Assembly (NCBI GenBank): GCA_944384295.1
Contig: CALWSU010000010.1
Location: forward strand, 2,061 to 66,060
Source of the DNA: an uncultured Lachnospiraceae bacterium
GTDB taxonomy: Bacteria; Bacillota; Clostridia; Lachnospirales; Anaerotignaceae
DNA length: 64,000 nt
Reading direction: 5' to 3'
How positions within the stretch are numbered: the stretch's first letter is position 1; each line of letters opens with the position of its first letter. Below the pieces are notes generated by a model. The model was not told where the DNA came from. It did not search any database and worked only from the letters and a program-made list of their open reading frames with translations. Shown one piece after another: positions 30,092-40,417 of this stretch. The position numbers and the translations under genes are program-made.

Positions 30092-31504
30092 ATGAAAAAT
30101 CAAAAATATCTGTGTTTTATTGGCATCGTCTGGGTGGTTTTGATTCTGCCATTTGTTGGTATGACATTTTGGGCGACCAATGAAACGACAGAGAATACAG
30201 AGCTAGCAAAATGGCCGCAATGGAAAAAAGAAGATGGTTACAATCAGGCATATTTGCAGGAAATGGGCGCGTATTTTGAAGACCATTTTGCATTTCGGCA
30301 AGCGTTTGTTACAGCCAATGCAGTTTTGCGCGCAAAAGTGCTGCATACCAGTGCAACCGACCAAGTGGTTTTGGGTGACAAGGATTGGTTGTATTTTAGC
30401 GGAACACTGGCAGACTATACAGGTACAAACTTGTTTTCGGAAAGAGAACAATATGCACTCATACATAATATGAAATTGATGCAAAATTATATCGAGGCAC
30501 AAGGTAGTCAGTGTTTGTTTCTGATTCCACCAAACAAAAATACTTTATACGACGAAAATATGCCGTATTATTACCAAAAAGGCGAAACCAGCAATTTGCA
30601 GCAGCTTTCGCAAAAATTTGCGGCGGAAGGTATTGCATATCTGGATTTATACGAGATTTTCCGCCAACAAGAAGAGGTTTTATATTTTCAGCGAGATTCT
30701 CATTGGAACAATCAAGGTGCGCTTTTGGCATATACCAGCTTGATGGAACAAATAGGGCGTACCTCTGATACCTATGAAACATATCGCAATGTACCCAGAC
30801 ATGTAGAGCAAAACCATGTCGGGGACTTGGACGAAATGCTCTATCCTTTGGCAGTGCAGCTAGAAGCGGATACTGTATTTGACAAAACACCCGATTTTGT
30901 TTATGTCAATGATGTGATAGACAATATGGACGAATGGATTGAAACAAAAAATCCCAAACAGACAGGCAGTATTTTGATGTATCGGGATTCTTTTGGAGAA
31001 AGTTTATTGCCCTTTGTAGCAGACGCGTTTGGGACAGGCTATTTTTCCAGGTTGGTGCCGTATAATTTGCTGCAAGTGGAACAATATCACCCAGATGTGG
31101 TGGTGATTGAAAAAGTGGAACGCAATTTAGACGATTTTATATGGGATATGCCGATTATGGAATGTCCACAAGTGTCTGATATTGCCGCGCCGCAAGTCGA
31201 AACCTCTACCACCATAGAAACCAAAAAAGCGGGTTCTTTTTTAGAAATCAAAGGCAGATTAGACGAAAGTTATCTGCAAACAGATACAGAAATTTATGTA
31301 GCGGTACAAGATTTGCAGACCATGCAGACAAAAACATATCAAACATTTTATACCGCAACAGAGGATGTGGATGCAAATGGTTACCATTTGTATTTAAAAG
31401 GCGCAAGTGTACCACAAGGAGAAATACAGATTTCTGTGATTGCGGTCAAGCAAAAACAGCCATTTGTGGTAGCTGATACAACGATAACATGGAGTGAAGC
31501 ATAA
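30092..31504 (+). CDS. DHHW / AlgJ-AlgX-like membrane-anchored acyltransferase
   Basis: N-terminal TM, YFEDHFAFR, IPPNK, RDSHWN, YRDSFG, EKVERN motifs. Confidence 0.82.
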   Translation: MKNQKYLCFIGIVWVVLILPFVGMTFWATNETTENTELAKWPQWKKEDGYNQAYLQEMGAYFEDHFAFRQAFVTANAVLRAKVLHTSATDQVVLGDKDWLYFSGTLADYTGTNLFSEREQYALIHNMKLMQNYIEAQGSQCLFLIPPNKNTLYDENMPYYYQKGETSNLQQLSQKFAAEGIAYLDLYEIFRQQEEVLYFQRDSHWNNQGALLAYTSLMEQIGRTSDTYETYRNVPRHVEQNHVGDLDEMLYPLAVQLEADTVFDKTPDFVYVNDVIDNMDEWIETKNPKQTGSILMYRDSFGESLLPFVADAFGTGYFSRLVPYNLLQVEQYHPDVVVIEKVERNLDDFIWDMPIMECPQVSDIAAPQVETSTTIETKKAGSFLEIKGRLDESYLQTDTEIYVAVQDLQTMQTKTYQTFYTATEDVDANGYHLYLKGASVPQGEIQISVIAVKQKQPFVVADTTITWSEA

Positions 31505-31517
31505 GGAGGAGAATATT

Positions 31518-32324
31518 GTGAAAGCAAAAAGAGTATGGGGGCTGGTACTTGCCTTCGGATTGTGTGTAGGTGCAGTAGGTTGTGGCGGTCAGGACGCAAC
31601 AGAAGAAAATACAGCGCAGACAGAACAAACAGAACAAACTTATCCCATCATTGGGGTACAGGCGGAAGGCGCGTATGATATACTGCTTAAAAACAGCTTA
31701 GGGCAGGATATTACAGGCATTGCAATCAAGACAGCAGACGAAACAACATATCCGGCGAATATGATGCCAAGTGATCTGGTGTTGAAAAATGGCGAAACTG
31801 CACAATGTTTCTATTTGCCAGAAACTAGTACAGAAGAAACACAGACAGCAGGAGAAACAGACGTTTTGCTCAATCCAACTTATCAAATGCAAATCACCTG
31901 TGAAGGGGATATGGTATACGAATTGAGTGCGTTGGGATTAGACGACATCGAAAAAGAAGTAGAACTTTGCAAAGAAGATGATATTGTATTTGTAAAATAT
32001 ATCAGCAAGGCTTCTGGTGATGCCGTATCCACAAAAGAACAGGAAAGCGCGGCACAAGCGCAGCAAGACGCAGCACAACCACAAGAAGAAACACCAGCAG
32101 AACAAACAGAACAAACAGAACAAACAGAACAGCCTGCGGTACAGCCAGCAGAACAAGCACCCGCAGAACCGGTACAGCAGCCCGCGCAGCAGCCCGCGCA
32201 AGCAGAGCCAGAACCAGCTGCACAACCGGCACAACAGCCCACACAGTCTGCCCCTGTGGAACAAGTTCCAGAACAGACCACAGAAGGTTGTTTGACAGAG
32301 GGCGGCGGTCCTGTATTCAACTAA
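31518..32324 (+). CDS. Lipoprotein with Gln/Pro/Ala-rich tail
   Basis: GTG start after RBS AGGAGG; lipobox AVGC; low-complexity EQT/QPA repeats; ends GCLTEGGGPVFN. Confidence 0.75.
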   Translation: MKAKRVWGLVLAFGLCVGAVGCGGQDATEENTAQTEQTEQTYPIIGVQAEGAYDILLKNSLGQDITGIAIKTADETTYPANMMPSDLVLKNGETAQCFYLPETSTEETQTAGETDVLLNPTYQMQITCEGDMVYELSALGLDDIEKEVELCKEDDIVFVKYISKASGDAVSTKEQESAAQAQQDAAQPQEETPAEQTEQTEQTEQPAVQPAEQAPAEPVQQPAQQPAQAEPEPAAQPAQQPTQSAPVEQVPEQTTEGCLTEGGGPVFN

Positions 32325-32349
32325 AATAAGATATTGAGAAAAAGATAGA

Positions 32350-32396
32350 AAAAAATGCCCCCATAAGAAAAAAGGTTTCTTATGAGGGCGTTTTTT
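32350..32396. terminator. Bidirectional intrinsic terminator
   Basis: aaaaaatgccc.cataagaaa...tttcttatg.gggcgttttt between convergent genes. Confidence 0.75.
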
Positions 32397-32420
32397 ATTG
32401 TGTTTCTCGTTTTGGTATAC

Positions 32421-33299
32421 TTAGTTTTCGGAAACAGACAAACGCGCCTTTGCCAATTCTAAAAATGCCAATGCTGCCGGAGAAGGTGCGGCATCTAAAG
32501 GCAGTGCAACACCCATTGCAATGCTGTATGCGGGTTCTAGGGGCAATTTGACCACTTTGGCGATATGTCCTTGTGTAATGAGTTGATTCATAATGCTCAT
32601 GCCCAGACCTTCCGCAATCATTGCCAATGCGGCATGGTTTTCTATGGTTTCGTATTTGATATGGGGTTGTATTTGGTATGCGGCAAAGAGTTGTAACACA
32701 TCATAATCGGCGCCATACGCTGGCATGATAAAATCTTCTTTTTCACAAGCAGCAATCGGATAGGCGGCTTCCTGTGCCAAAGCGTGATGGCATGGCAATA
32801 CAGCAATCATAGGGTCTTTGCGTAAAAATACCCAAGGATAAGGGCTGTCTGGTTTTTCGCTGTAAAAACATAAATCGACTTGATGATTGGCAAGCATATC
32901 GTCCAGTTCCTGATGAATCCCTTCTTTCAATATAATGCGAATGCCGGGGTGTGCGGTAGCAAATTCTTGTAATATCGGCGGCAGCCAGCAAGTTGCAATG
33001 CTGGTATAGGTGCCTATGGTCAAACGTCCTGTTTCCAAGCCTATAATCTGGCTGGAAAGTTGTTCAAAACGATTGGCGCAATCTGCCATTTCGCGTAAAA
33101 TGGGCAGCAATGCCTTTGCATTGGGGGTAGGCGTGACACCGTTTTTATTGCGATACAGCAATGCAAATCCCAATTCTTGTTCTAATGTGTGCATCATATG
33201 ACTTAAGCCAGAGGGGGTATAATGCAGTATCTGTGCGGCTTTTGTCAAACTGCCACAGTCTATGGCAGTCAAGAGTGCCTCGTATTTTTTCAAATCCAT
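32421..33299 (-). CDS. LysR family transcriptional regulator
   Basis: N-terminal HTH GSLTKAAQILHYTPSGLSHMMHTLEQELGFALLYR; divergent from a DMT transporter. Confidence 0.93.
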   Translation of the reverse strand: MDLKKYEALLTAIDCGSLTKAAQILHYTPSGLSHMMHTLEQELGFALLYRNKNGVTPTPNAKALLPILREMADCANRFEQLSSQIIGLETGRLTIGTYTSIATCWLPPILQEFATAHPGIRIILKEGIHQELDDMLANHQVDLCFYSEKPDSPYPWVFLRKDPMIAVLPCHHALAQEAAYPIAACEKEDFIMPAYGADYDVLQLFAAYQIQPHIKYETIENHAALAMIAEGLGMSIMNQLITQGHIAKVVKLPLEPAYSIAMGVALPLDAAPSPAALAFLELAKARLSVSEN

Positions 33300-33444
33300 A
33301 AAATTCCCTTCTTTGTTCTGATGTTTTATCTATGAAATTTTTTCAACAAAGATAGTATAAATCGTCGTTTTACTTTATACAAGAGCTGCGATATACTGTT
33401 GCGCAAAGATACCATGTAGAAAAAAAGAAAGGGTGTGAAATGGC

Positions 33445-34344
33445 ATGCAAACAAAATATGCGGGTGGATTGGTGGTTGTGGCAGCCTGTTTGTGGGGTGC
33501 GATTGGTTTATTTTCGCGTATCTTGACCGATGCAGGCATGAATGCCATACAAATCACAACGACACGCAGTTTGGTAACAGCGATTGGCTTGTTGATTTGG
33601 GCAGGGAGCAAAGGAAAATGGCGGATTTCTTATAAAGATATTTGGATGTTTTTAGGCACAGGACTGTGTAGTGTTGCGGGATTCAATATATTTTATTTTC
33701 TGACGATGACACAGACCACATTATCTTTGGCGGCAGTGCTGCTCTATACCGCGCCATTTTTTGTATTATTGTTATCTGCGGTTTGTTTTGGCGAACGTTT
33801 GACACGGCAAAAAATCATATGCTCTATCTTGGCATTATGCGGCTGTATCTGTACGACAGGGATATTATGTGGTAATTTATCTGTCACACCGCTTGGGATT
33901 TTGACGGGGGTGGCGTCTGGTTTTTGCTATGCGTTATATAGTATATTTGGTAAATTTGCTTTGCAGAAATATCGCTTTGAAACAGTCACATTATACACTT
34001 TTTTGGTGGCGGCTTTGACGTTACTGCCATTTTCCCACCCAGTAGAGTTGGTACAAATCGCGGTTTCCTCCCCAAAAGTAGCAATAGTATCTTTGTTATT
34101 GGGACTTGTATTTACATTATTGCCGTTTTTATTGTATACAAAAGGTCTTTCTGGGATTTCTTCCGGCACCGCTTCTGTATTGGCGTTTGCGGAACCTTTG
34201 ACCGCAACCGTATTGGGTGTGATTGTATTTGGAGAATATCCTGACTTGTTTGGCTGGTTGGGGGTAGGGCTTTTGTTTGTGGCTTTGGTATTGCTGCAAA
34301 GACCACAACCATTGCCTCAGCATGAAGCAGAAAAAATACAATAA
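33445..34344 (+). CDS. EamA/DMT family transporter
   Basis: Ten TM segments in two repeats; AAVLLYTAPFF, ASVLAFAEPLTA. Confidence 0.9.
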   Translation: MQTKYAGGLVVVAACLWGAIGLFSRILTDAGMNAIQITTTRSLVTAIGLLIWAGSKGKWRISYKDIWMFLGTGLCSVAGFNIFYFLTMTQTTLSLAAVLLYTAPFFVLLLSAVCFGERLTRQKIICSILALCGCICTTGILCGNLSVTPLGILTGVASGFCYALYSIFGKFALQKYRFETVTLYTFLVAALTLLPFSHPVELVQIAVSSPKVAIVSLLLGLVFTLLPFLLYTKGLSGISSGTASVLAFAEPLTATVLGVIVFGEYPDLFGWLGVGLLFVALVLLQRPQPLPQHEAEKIQ

Positions 34345-34601
34345 ATAGAATCAAATCTATCAAATAAAATCCCACTAGACTTGCCAGAAAAAATATTGTT
34401 TTTTGCTGGATTTCTGAAAGGCAACTGCGACGGCTGTCTGCAAAAGAAAATATACCTGATTTATTTCAGTAAAAATTAGAATGCTGGAATCCTCCATATT
34501 TGTAAGGATTTCAGCATTTTTTGTTTTTTTATCAAGCAGCCTGAAATGTTCGTCTTTTTTTTCAGCCTGTTTCATACAATACACAGAGGGGAGTGGAATC
34601 C

Positions 34602-35297
34602 ATGAAACATTGGAACAAAATACGACATTTGGGGCTTTTTTGTTGTTTGGGCGTTTGTATTGGTATGGTGGTACTGCAACAACGCACCCCCACGATATTG
34701 CCGGTAGCCTCCTGTGTTGTGGTGTTAGACGCTGGACATGGGGGTTGGGACCCGGGCAAGACAGGCAGCAGCGGCGCAGATGAACAAGAATTGAATTTAG
34801 CGATTGTACAGCAATTACAGGCATATTTAGAACAAGGCGGTGCAACCGTTTATTTGACACGCAGCGACGGTATGGCATTGGGCAACAGCAAAGGCGAAGA
34901 TATGCGGCAAAGACGAGATATTACCAATATTGCGCAGGCAGATATTCTCATCAGTATCCATCAAAACGCGTTTTCTGCTTCTTCCGCAAAGGGGGCGCAG
35001 GTGTTTTACCATACCCAAAGCGAAGAAGGAGAACGTTTGGCAACATGTATACAAGAAAGTTTGCGTTTGCGCGTAGACAGCCAAAATACAAGAATACAAA
35101 AACCAAATAGCGATTATTATATTTTACGTACCACAGAAATTCCAGCGGCTTTGGTAGAATGTGGTTTTTTGTCCAACCAGACAGAAGAAACATTGCTCAA
35201 TGACCCAGAGTATCAGGCAAAAATGGCATGGGGGATTTATTGCGGGATTCTGGATTATTTTGCGCAAAAAGGCGGCGCGAATGGTTTACAGGCATAG
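34602..35297 (+). CDS. N-acetylmuramoyl-L-alanine amidase (Amidase_3, CwlD-like)
   Basis: VVLDAGHGG.D.G, EQELNL, ISIHQN, LVECGFLSN; N-terminal anchor; CATACAAT (sigma-E/K-like -10) just upstream. Confidence 0.88.
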   Translation: MKHWNKIRHLGLFCCLGVCIGMVVLQQRTPTILPVASCVVVLDAGHGGWDPGKTGSSGADEQELNLAIVQQLQAYLEQGGATVYLTRSDGMALGNSKGEDMRQRRDITNIAQADILISIHQNAFSASSAKGAQVFYHTQSEEGERLATCIQESLRLRVDSQNTRIQKPNSDYYILRTTEIPAALVECGFLSNQTEETLLNDPEYQAKMAWGIYCGILDYFAQKGGANGLQA

Positions 35298-35353
35298 CGA
35301 AAGCAGATATAATGAGGAGAAAGACTGCATTTGTAGAGAGAAAGGATTGTTTT

Positions 35354-36628
35354 ATGGAGAATGAATTTCGTGCATTGGGTATTTCTGATGCACTCATAAA
35401 AGGATTAGAAAAACAGGGCATCACCACCCCAACACAAATACAGCAAAAAATGATACCTGCCATACAGACAGGGCAAGATGTGATTGGACGTTCGGAAACG
35501 GGTTCTGGCAAAACATTGGCATATCTGCTGCCGCTGTTTGGCGCAATCGACCCAACCATTCGCGGTACACAGGCAATCATATTGACGCCAACCCATGAAC
35601 TTGCCGCACAAGTACACAGACAGGCAGAACTTTTGATACAAAATTCTGGCATTTCCGCCGGTTGTGCGCTGATTATCGGCACAGCAGGCATACAACGGCA
35701 AATCGAACGCCTGAAAGAAAAACCACCGCTTGTGGTGGGTTCGACAGGACGTATTTTGGAATTGATTCGTCGTCGGAAAATACAGGCACATTTGGTCAAA
35801 ACCATTGTGCTGGACGAAGGCGACCGCCTGCTGGCAGATGGGAATTTCGCTGACGTGCAGGCTGTCATAAAAACGACATTGCGTGACCGCCAGCTTGTGC
35901 TGTTGTCCGCTTCTGTAGACGGACAGACCAAAAAACGCGCTGCTGAGTTGATGAAGGAAAACGCACTGTTTTTAGATGGCACAACACAAAATATCGCGGT
36001 ACCAAAGCAGATTGCACACGATTTTATATTGACCACACACAGAGAAAAATTTGTGATGCTGCGAAAAGTATTGGCAGGACTGAAACCAGAAAAAGCTATT
36101 GTATTTTTGAATAATCCAGAAAATATAGAGGTGACAGTGGACAAGCTCAATTATCATGGCATTGCTGCATCCGGTATTTATGGACAGGCAGGCAAGCTGG
36201 AGCGAAAAAATGCATTGGAGGATTTTCGTACAGGACGTGTACGCGTATTGGTGGCTTCCGATTTGGGCGCAAGAGGATTGGATATTGCGGGAGTGACACA
36301 TGTCATCAATTTGGATATTCCAGAAGACGCGACCCATTATCTGCATCGTGCGGGACGCTGCGGCAGACAAGGCGCACAGGGACATGTCATTTCTTTGGTT
36401 ACGCCATATGAACGACGTTGGATTCATCGGTATGAGAAACAATGGGGGCTTGTGTTTGGGCAAAAAGATATGGCATATGGCAAACTGGTACCCAGCCAAA
36501 AAACGAAAAAAGATTTGGAACAAAAGCCGAAAAAAGAAACATCTGGAAATCAAGTAGGCACAACCCAGAAGAAACAGGCAAGACGGGGCGATGCTGCCAA
36601 AAAGAAAACAAATCAAAGAAAAAAATGA
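35354..36628 (+). CDS. DEAD/DEAH-box RNA helicase
   Basis: Q motif, ETGSGKT, PTHELA, DEGD (DEAD variant), SAS, ARGLD, HRAGRCGR; basic C-tail. Confidence 0.92.
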   Translation: MENEFRALGISDALIKGLEKQGITTPTQIQQKMIPAIQTGQDVIGRSETGSGKTLAYLLPLFGAIDPTIRGTQAIILTPTHELAAQVHRQAELLIQNSGISAGCALIIGTAGIQRQIERLKEKPPLVVGSTGRILELIRRRKIQAHLVKTIVLDEGDRLLADGNFADVQAVIKTTLRDRQLVLLSASVDGQTKKRAAELMKENALFLDGTTQNIAVPKQIAHDFILTTHREKFVMLRKVLAGLKPEKAIVFLNNPENIEVTVDKLNYHGIAASGIYGQAGKLERKNALEDFRTGRVRVLVASDLGARGLDIAGVTHVINLDIPEDATHYLHRAGRCGRQGAQGHVISLVTPYERRWIHRYEKQWGLVFGQKDMAYGKLVPSQKTKKDLEQKPKKETSGNQVGTTQKKQARRGDAAKKKTNQRKK

Positions 36629-36704
36629 TTGTCACATGACAAAAAATCATGTATATTGAAAGTAAGGATACAAAAGCCGACTGGCATAAAAGGAGGATAT
36701 CAAT

Positions 36705-37013
36705 ATGAGCGAAAAATGCGGCTGTGGTTGCGGACATGACCACGACCATGACGAAGATGTAATGGAATTGGAAACCATGTTCCTGACATTGGACGATGAT
36801 ACAGAAATGGAATGCGGCATATTAGGCGTATTTGAGGTAGAAGGTCTGGAAGGCAAAGAATATATTGCTTTACTGCCTTTGGAAGATGAAACTGTATTGC
36901 TGTATGAATACAAAGAAGTCGGGGACGAAATCGAATTAGGTTTTATTGAAGAAGATGACGAATTTGAAAAAGTTTCCAATGCTTTCTATGATTTGTATGG
37001 GGACGAAGAATAA
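36705..37013 (+). CDS. DUF1292-like acidic protein with Cys/His-rich N-terminus
   Basis: CGCGCGHDHDHDE N-terminus; LTLDDDTEMEC...EYIALLP...IEEDDEFEKV pattern. Confidence 0.75.
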   Translation: MSEKCGCGCGHDHDHDEDVMELETMFLTLDDDTEMECGILGVFEVEGLEGKEYIALLPLEDETVLLYEYKEVGDEIELGFIEEDDEFEKVSNAFYDLYGDEE

Positions 37014-37163
37014 AAAAATAAAAAATAAGAAAGCATAGAAAATTCGGCAATAAGAAACGATTGCAATGATTGAAATGAGAAAAGGCAGGGCGTGACGAGA
37101 AAGGGTAGTCAATGTTTCAAGCCTTTTCTATTTTTTGTCAAAAATAAAGGAGGAGAAAAATCA

Positions 37164-38417
37164 ATGCAGAAAAAAAGATGGATTGCATGTGTGCTGGCGA
37201 CTGTATTGGGTGTGCTGGCACCAACACAGGCATTTGCTGCAAATGCGGATTGGACAGAAGGGAATGCTTTGATTGCACATGCGTTAGGGGAGTACGAAGG
37301 GAAAATAGAAACCAATTCCAAGGAAGCGTTTTTGCAGTCATGGGAAAATGGATTTCGTGTCATGGAAGCCGATTTTGTATATACTTCAGATAATGTGTTG
37401 GTGGTAAGACATGATTTTGAGCCAGGCGGCAGTTATTACCGTTTGGAAATACAGCCCAATGCCACACAGCCTGTCATGGATTTGAATACATTCTTAAATA
37501 CAAAAATCGTGTATGAACAGACACCGCTTACCGCAGAAGATTTATTGGAATTGATGGTAGAATACAGCGATGTATATTTGGTAACAGATACCAAGAATAC
37601 AGATGAAGCAACCATAAAAAGCCAATTTCAAGATTTGTATGAAATCGCGCATAGAATCGGACACCCTGAAATTTTAGACCGTATCATTCCGCAAATCTAT
37701 CATGAGGATATGTTGGGTTGGGTACAATCCATTTATCCATTCCCACAATGGATTTATACACTGTATCAGCAAGCGGATATTGATTATGCCGAAACAGCAC
37801 AATTTTGTGCCGCAAATAACATTGGTGTTGTTACAATCGAAAAAAGCCGTGTGACATGGGATATTGTCCAGACATTCAAAGCGCAGGGCGTGAAGGTGTA
37901 TGTACATACTGTGAATCGTTATATGCAGTTGCAAGAATTGTTAAATATGGGGGTCAGCGGCATTTATACCGATACCATCAAACCATATGAATTGCCTTGG
38001 GTAGGATTGAGCAATCTCAGAAAATTGACCACACAAAATGTAACACTCAATCAGAAACAATATGGCTTGCATATGATGAATATTATGGGTATGGAATATG
38101 TATCTTTACGTGATGTTGCAACCATGCTTTCTGAAAATGGCGGTTTTTCTGCTAGTTATGACCCAGTCAATCATACAGTGCAGTTACAAAAAGAAGGTAC
38201 ATTCACCACTTTAGGCAATGAATTGCTGTTAGACACACAAGGACGTTTGGTAGTCAAAAAAGCGAATAATACATTGACTTATGCAGGGACACCTTACGAA
38301 TTACAAGGTTATACAGTAGATGGGGATTTGTATTATCCTTGGAGCGGATTGATGGACGTTTTGGGATATAATATGACATTCTCGTCTAATGCGGTATTGC
38401 TTCAGCCAATGGAGTAA
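37164..38417 (+). CDS. Secreted glycerophosphodiester phosphodiesterase (GDPD)-like protein
   Basis: Signal peptide; IAHALG, MEADF, VVRHD, LVTDTK, VYVHTVN, GIYTD; extra C-terminal domain. Confidence 0.78.
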   Translation: MQKKRWIACVLATVLGVLAPTQAFAANADWTEGNALIAHALGEYEGKIETNSKEAFLQSWENGFRVMEADFVYTSDNVLVVRHDFEPGGSYYRLEIQPNATQPVMDLNTFLNTKIVYEQTPLTAEDLLELMVEYSDVYLVTDTKNTDEATIKSQFQDLYEIAHRIGHPEILDRIIPQIYHEDMLGWVQSIYPFPQWIYTLYQQADIDYAETAQFCAANNIGVVTIEKSRVTWDIVQTFKAQGVKVYVHTVNRYMQLQELLNMGVSGIYTDTIKPYELPWVGLSNLRKLTTQNVTLNQKQYGLHMMNIMGMEYVSLRDVATMLSENGGFSASYDPVNHTVQLQKEGTFTTLGNELLLDTQGRLVVKKANNTLTYAGTPYELQGYTVDGDLYYPWSGLMDVLGYNMTFSSNAVLLQPME

Positions 38418-38499
38418 ACAGAACACCGATATAAGCCAATAGAAACCAACATTGACAGCAATCCCAAAGCGTGGTATGCTGAACACACAACGATATATT

Positions 38500-38580
38500 T
38501 TTTGCTGGGGGTGCCGGATACAATCGGCTGAGAAATACCCTTTTTCACCTGATCTGGATCATACCAGCGTAGGGAAGCAT
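38500..38580 (+). ncRNA. TPP riboswitch
   Basis: GGGGTGCC...GGCTGAGA..TACCC...ACCTGATCTGGATCATACCAGCGTAGGGAA, followed by terminator gcgcagc...gctgcgc-TTTTT, upstream of thiD. Confidence 0.95.
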
Positions 38581-38683
38581 GAGAAAATGCAGAGCAGGCG
38601 CAGCAAAGGCGAAATTTTTTCGTAGCTGCGCTTTTTCTATGGAAAAAAAGAATAGTCAGGAAACAGAATAGGAGGAACGCAAT

Positions 38684-39499
38684 ATGAAACATGTTTTGAC
38701 AATTGCCGGTTCGGATAGCTGTGGCGGCGCAGGGATACAAGCCGATTTAAAAACCTTCAGCGCACAAGGCACCTATGGTATGAGTGTCATCACAGCGGTA
38801 ACTGTACAAAATACGCAGGGTGTTTTTGGTTGTCAAGATATTTCGCCGGAAATCATAAAAGGGCAAATGGACGCCATTTTTACAGATATTGCAGTCAGTG
38901 CGGTAAAAATCGGTATGGTATCTCAGATTCCGACCATACACGCCATTGCGGATAAATTGGAACAGTATCAACCAAAAAATATTGTATTAGACCCTGTTAT
39001 GATTTCCAAAAGCGGCTTTGACTTGATGCAGCCCGAAGCAAAAGAAGCGCTGATTTCTCGTCTGATTCCTTTGGCGTATGTGATTACGCCCAATTTACCA
39101 GAAGCAGAAGTGATTACAGGTATGCAAATCAAAGACTTATCTGCAATGGAAGCGGCAGCAAGAGCCATTCACAAAATGGGCGCAAAGCATGTACTGATTA
39201 AGGGCGGACATTTGGAAAATGACGCAACAGACTTGCTGTTTGATGGTACCCATGTGATTACATTGCAATCTGAACGCATACAGACCAAAAATACACATGG
39301 TACAGGCTGCACATTATCTTCCTGTATTGCGGCAAATTTGGCAAAAGGCAAAAGCGTAGAAGAAGCAGTGCGCATTGCAAAAGCGTATATCACAACTGCA
39401 ATTGCCCATGCATTGGATATTGGCAAAGGCGTTGGTCCAACCAATCATTTTTACGAATTATATACAAAAGCAGGCATTTGGGACGAAATCAAAGATTGA
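38684..39499 (+). CDS. thiD: Hydroxymethylpyrimidine/phosphomethylpyrimidine kinase
   Basis: [50 protein letters not shown]. Confidence 0.97.
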   Translation: MKHVLTIAGSDSCGGAGIQADLKTFSAQGTYGMSVITAVTVQNTQGVFGCQDISPEIIKGQMDAIFTDIAVSAVKIGMVSQIPTIHAIADKLEQYQPKNIVLDPVMISKSGFDLMQPEAKEALISRLIPLAYVITPNLPEAEVITGMQIKDLSAMEAAARAIHKMGAKHVLIKGGHLENDATDLLFDGTHVITLQSERIQTKNTHGTGCTLSSCIAANLAKGKSVEEAVRIAKAYITTAIAHALDIGKGVGPTNHFYELYTKAGIWDEIKD

Positions 39500-39536
39500 G
39501 AAACCGATAGAAACAAATTGTATCAAACATAAGAAA

Positions 39537-39820
39537 TGCGAAATACGCAACGCGAAAGACCGGCGGGGGATCTCCGCCGATCTTTCGTTTCATAGAGAGG
39601 GGGTAGTATTCTGGATTCACTGCACAGGGATCAAAAGCAGTGTGTCCTATCTATCAAAATAAAGGAAATTTTGGATGGAGTGAAATCCAAATGGATATTT
39701 CCTTTCGTCGTAAGCAAATCACATATGTTTCCTCTGATATATCGAGTATATCGAGGAGGGGGAAGGCAGCAGACACTACAATTTGCTACAGGGGTTGGCA
39801 ATGCGTCTGTGCCTTCGTTT
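39537..39820. ncRNA. Candidate structured non-coding RNA (five consecutive hairpins)
   Basis: Stems at 39553-39587, 39613-39647, 39661-39705, 39731-39756 and 39762-39816 in a gap between convergent genes; no known family recognised. Confidence 0.45.
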
Positions 39821-39926
39821 GTGACATAGATAGCATAACATATATTTTTGACGGAAATTTTGCGAAAAATCTTCAAAATTCTTAAGGAAAGCGTGCAAAA
39901 AACGAAAATTGGGAAAATTTGGGTGA

Positions 39927-40349
39927 TTAGTCGGTATTTTGCGTTTGTTCCAATAAAGAAAGCATCATACAAAAACCTGCAAATTGTAAAGAAACAGGTG
40001 AAACAAAAGATTCTCCTTGACTGCGTGCCTGTAAAAGTGCGTCATCATAATGCATACCATTTTGAATTTGTTGCAGTGTATGACAAAAAAGCAGACTTTG
40101 ACAAACATCATGCAATCTTTTTTGTGTATCTGTATCTACAAATGCACTCAACGCGCGCAATAATGTGACTTCTTTGGGCGGTTGGGAAACGGCTTCCTGT
40201 TGTTGTAATGTGGCGGCAGTGCGGATTTTCTGTAGATACTCTATGTCTATTTTTTGGCGCATGGTATCTAAAAAAGAAGCGATTTCACGTTGTGCGCTTG
40301 TGGTGTTTTGCAAAGTGCGTGCCAATGCAAAGACTTGATTTTCTTCCAT
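39927..40349 (-). CDS. Hypothetical helical protein (sporulation-cluster-like)
   Basis: RBS AAGGAG before MEENQVF; EVTLLRALSAFV pattern and hydrophobic C-terminus MMLSLL. Confidence 0.7.
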   Translation of the reverse strand: MEENQVFALARTLQNTTSAQREIASFLDTMRQKIDIEYLQKIRTAATLQQQEAVSQPPKEVTLLRALSAFVDTDTQKRLHDVCQSLLFCHTLQQIQNGMHYDDALLQARSQGESFVSPVSLQFAGFCMMLSLLEQTQNTD

Positions 40350-40417
40350 AAGTATACTCCTTTCTGTGCTGGCATATCCCATAACAGAAAATCCATAGCG
40401 TGATGAGAAGCAATGGG

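Noticed and set aside
35197-36150. Long antisense ORFs (35197-36150, 1419-2498, 21847-22719, 18776-19558 and similar)
   Set aside because: Shadows of well-supported genes on the opposite strand, with no RBS or recognisable motifs.
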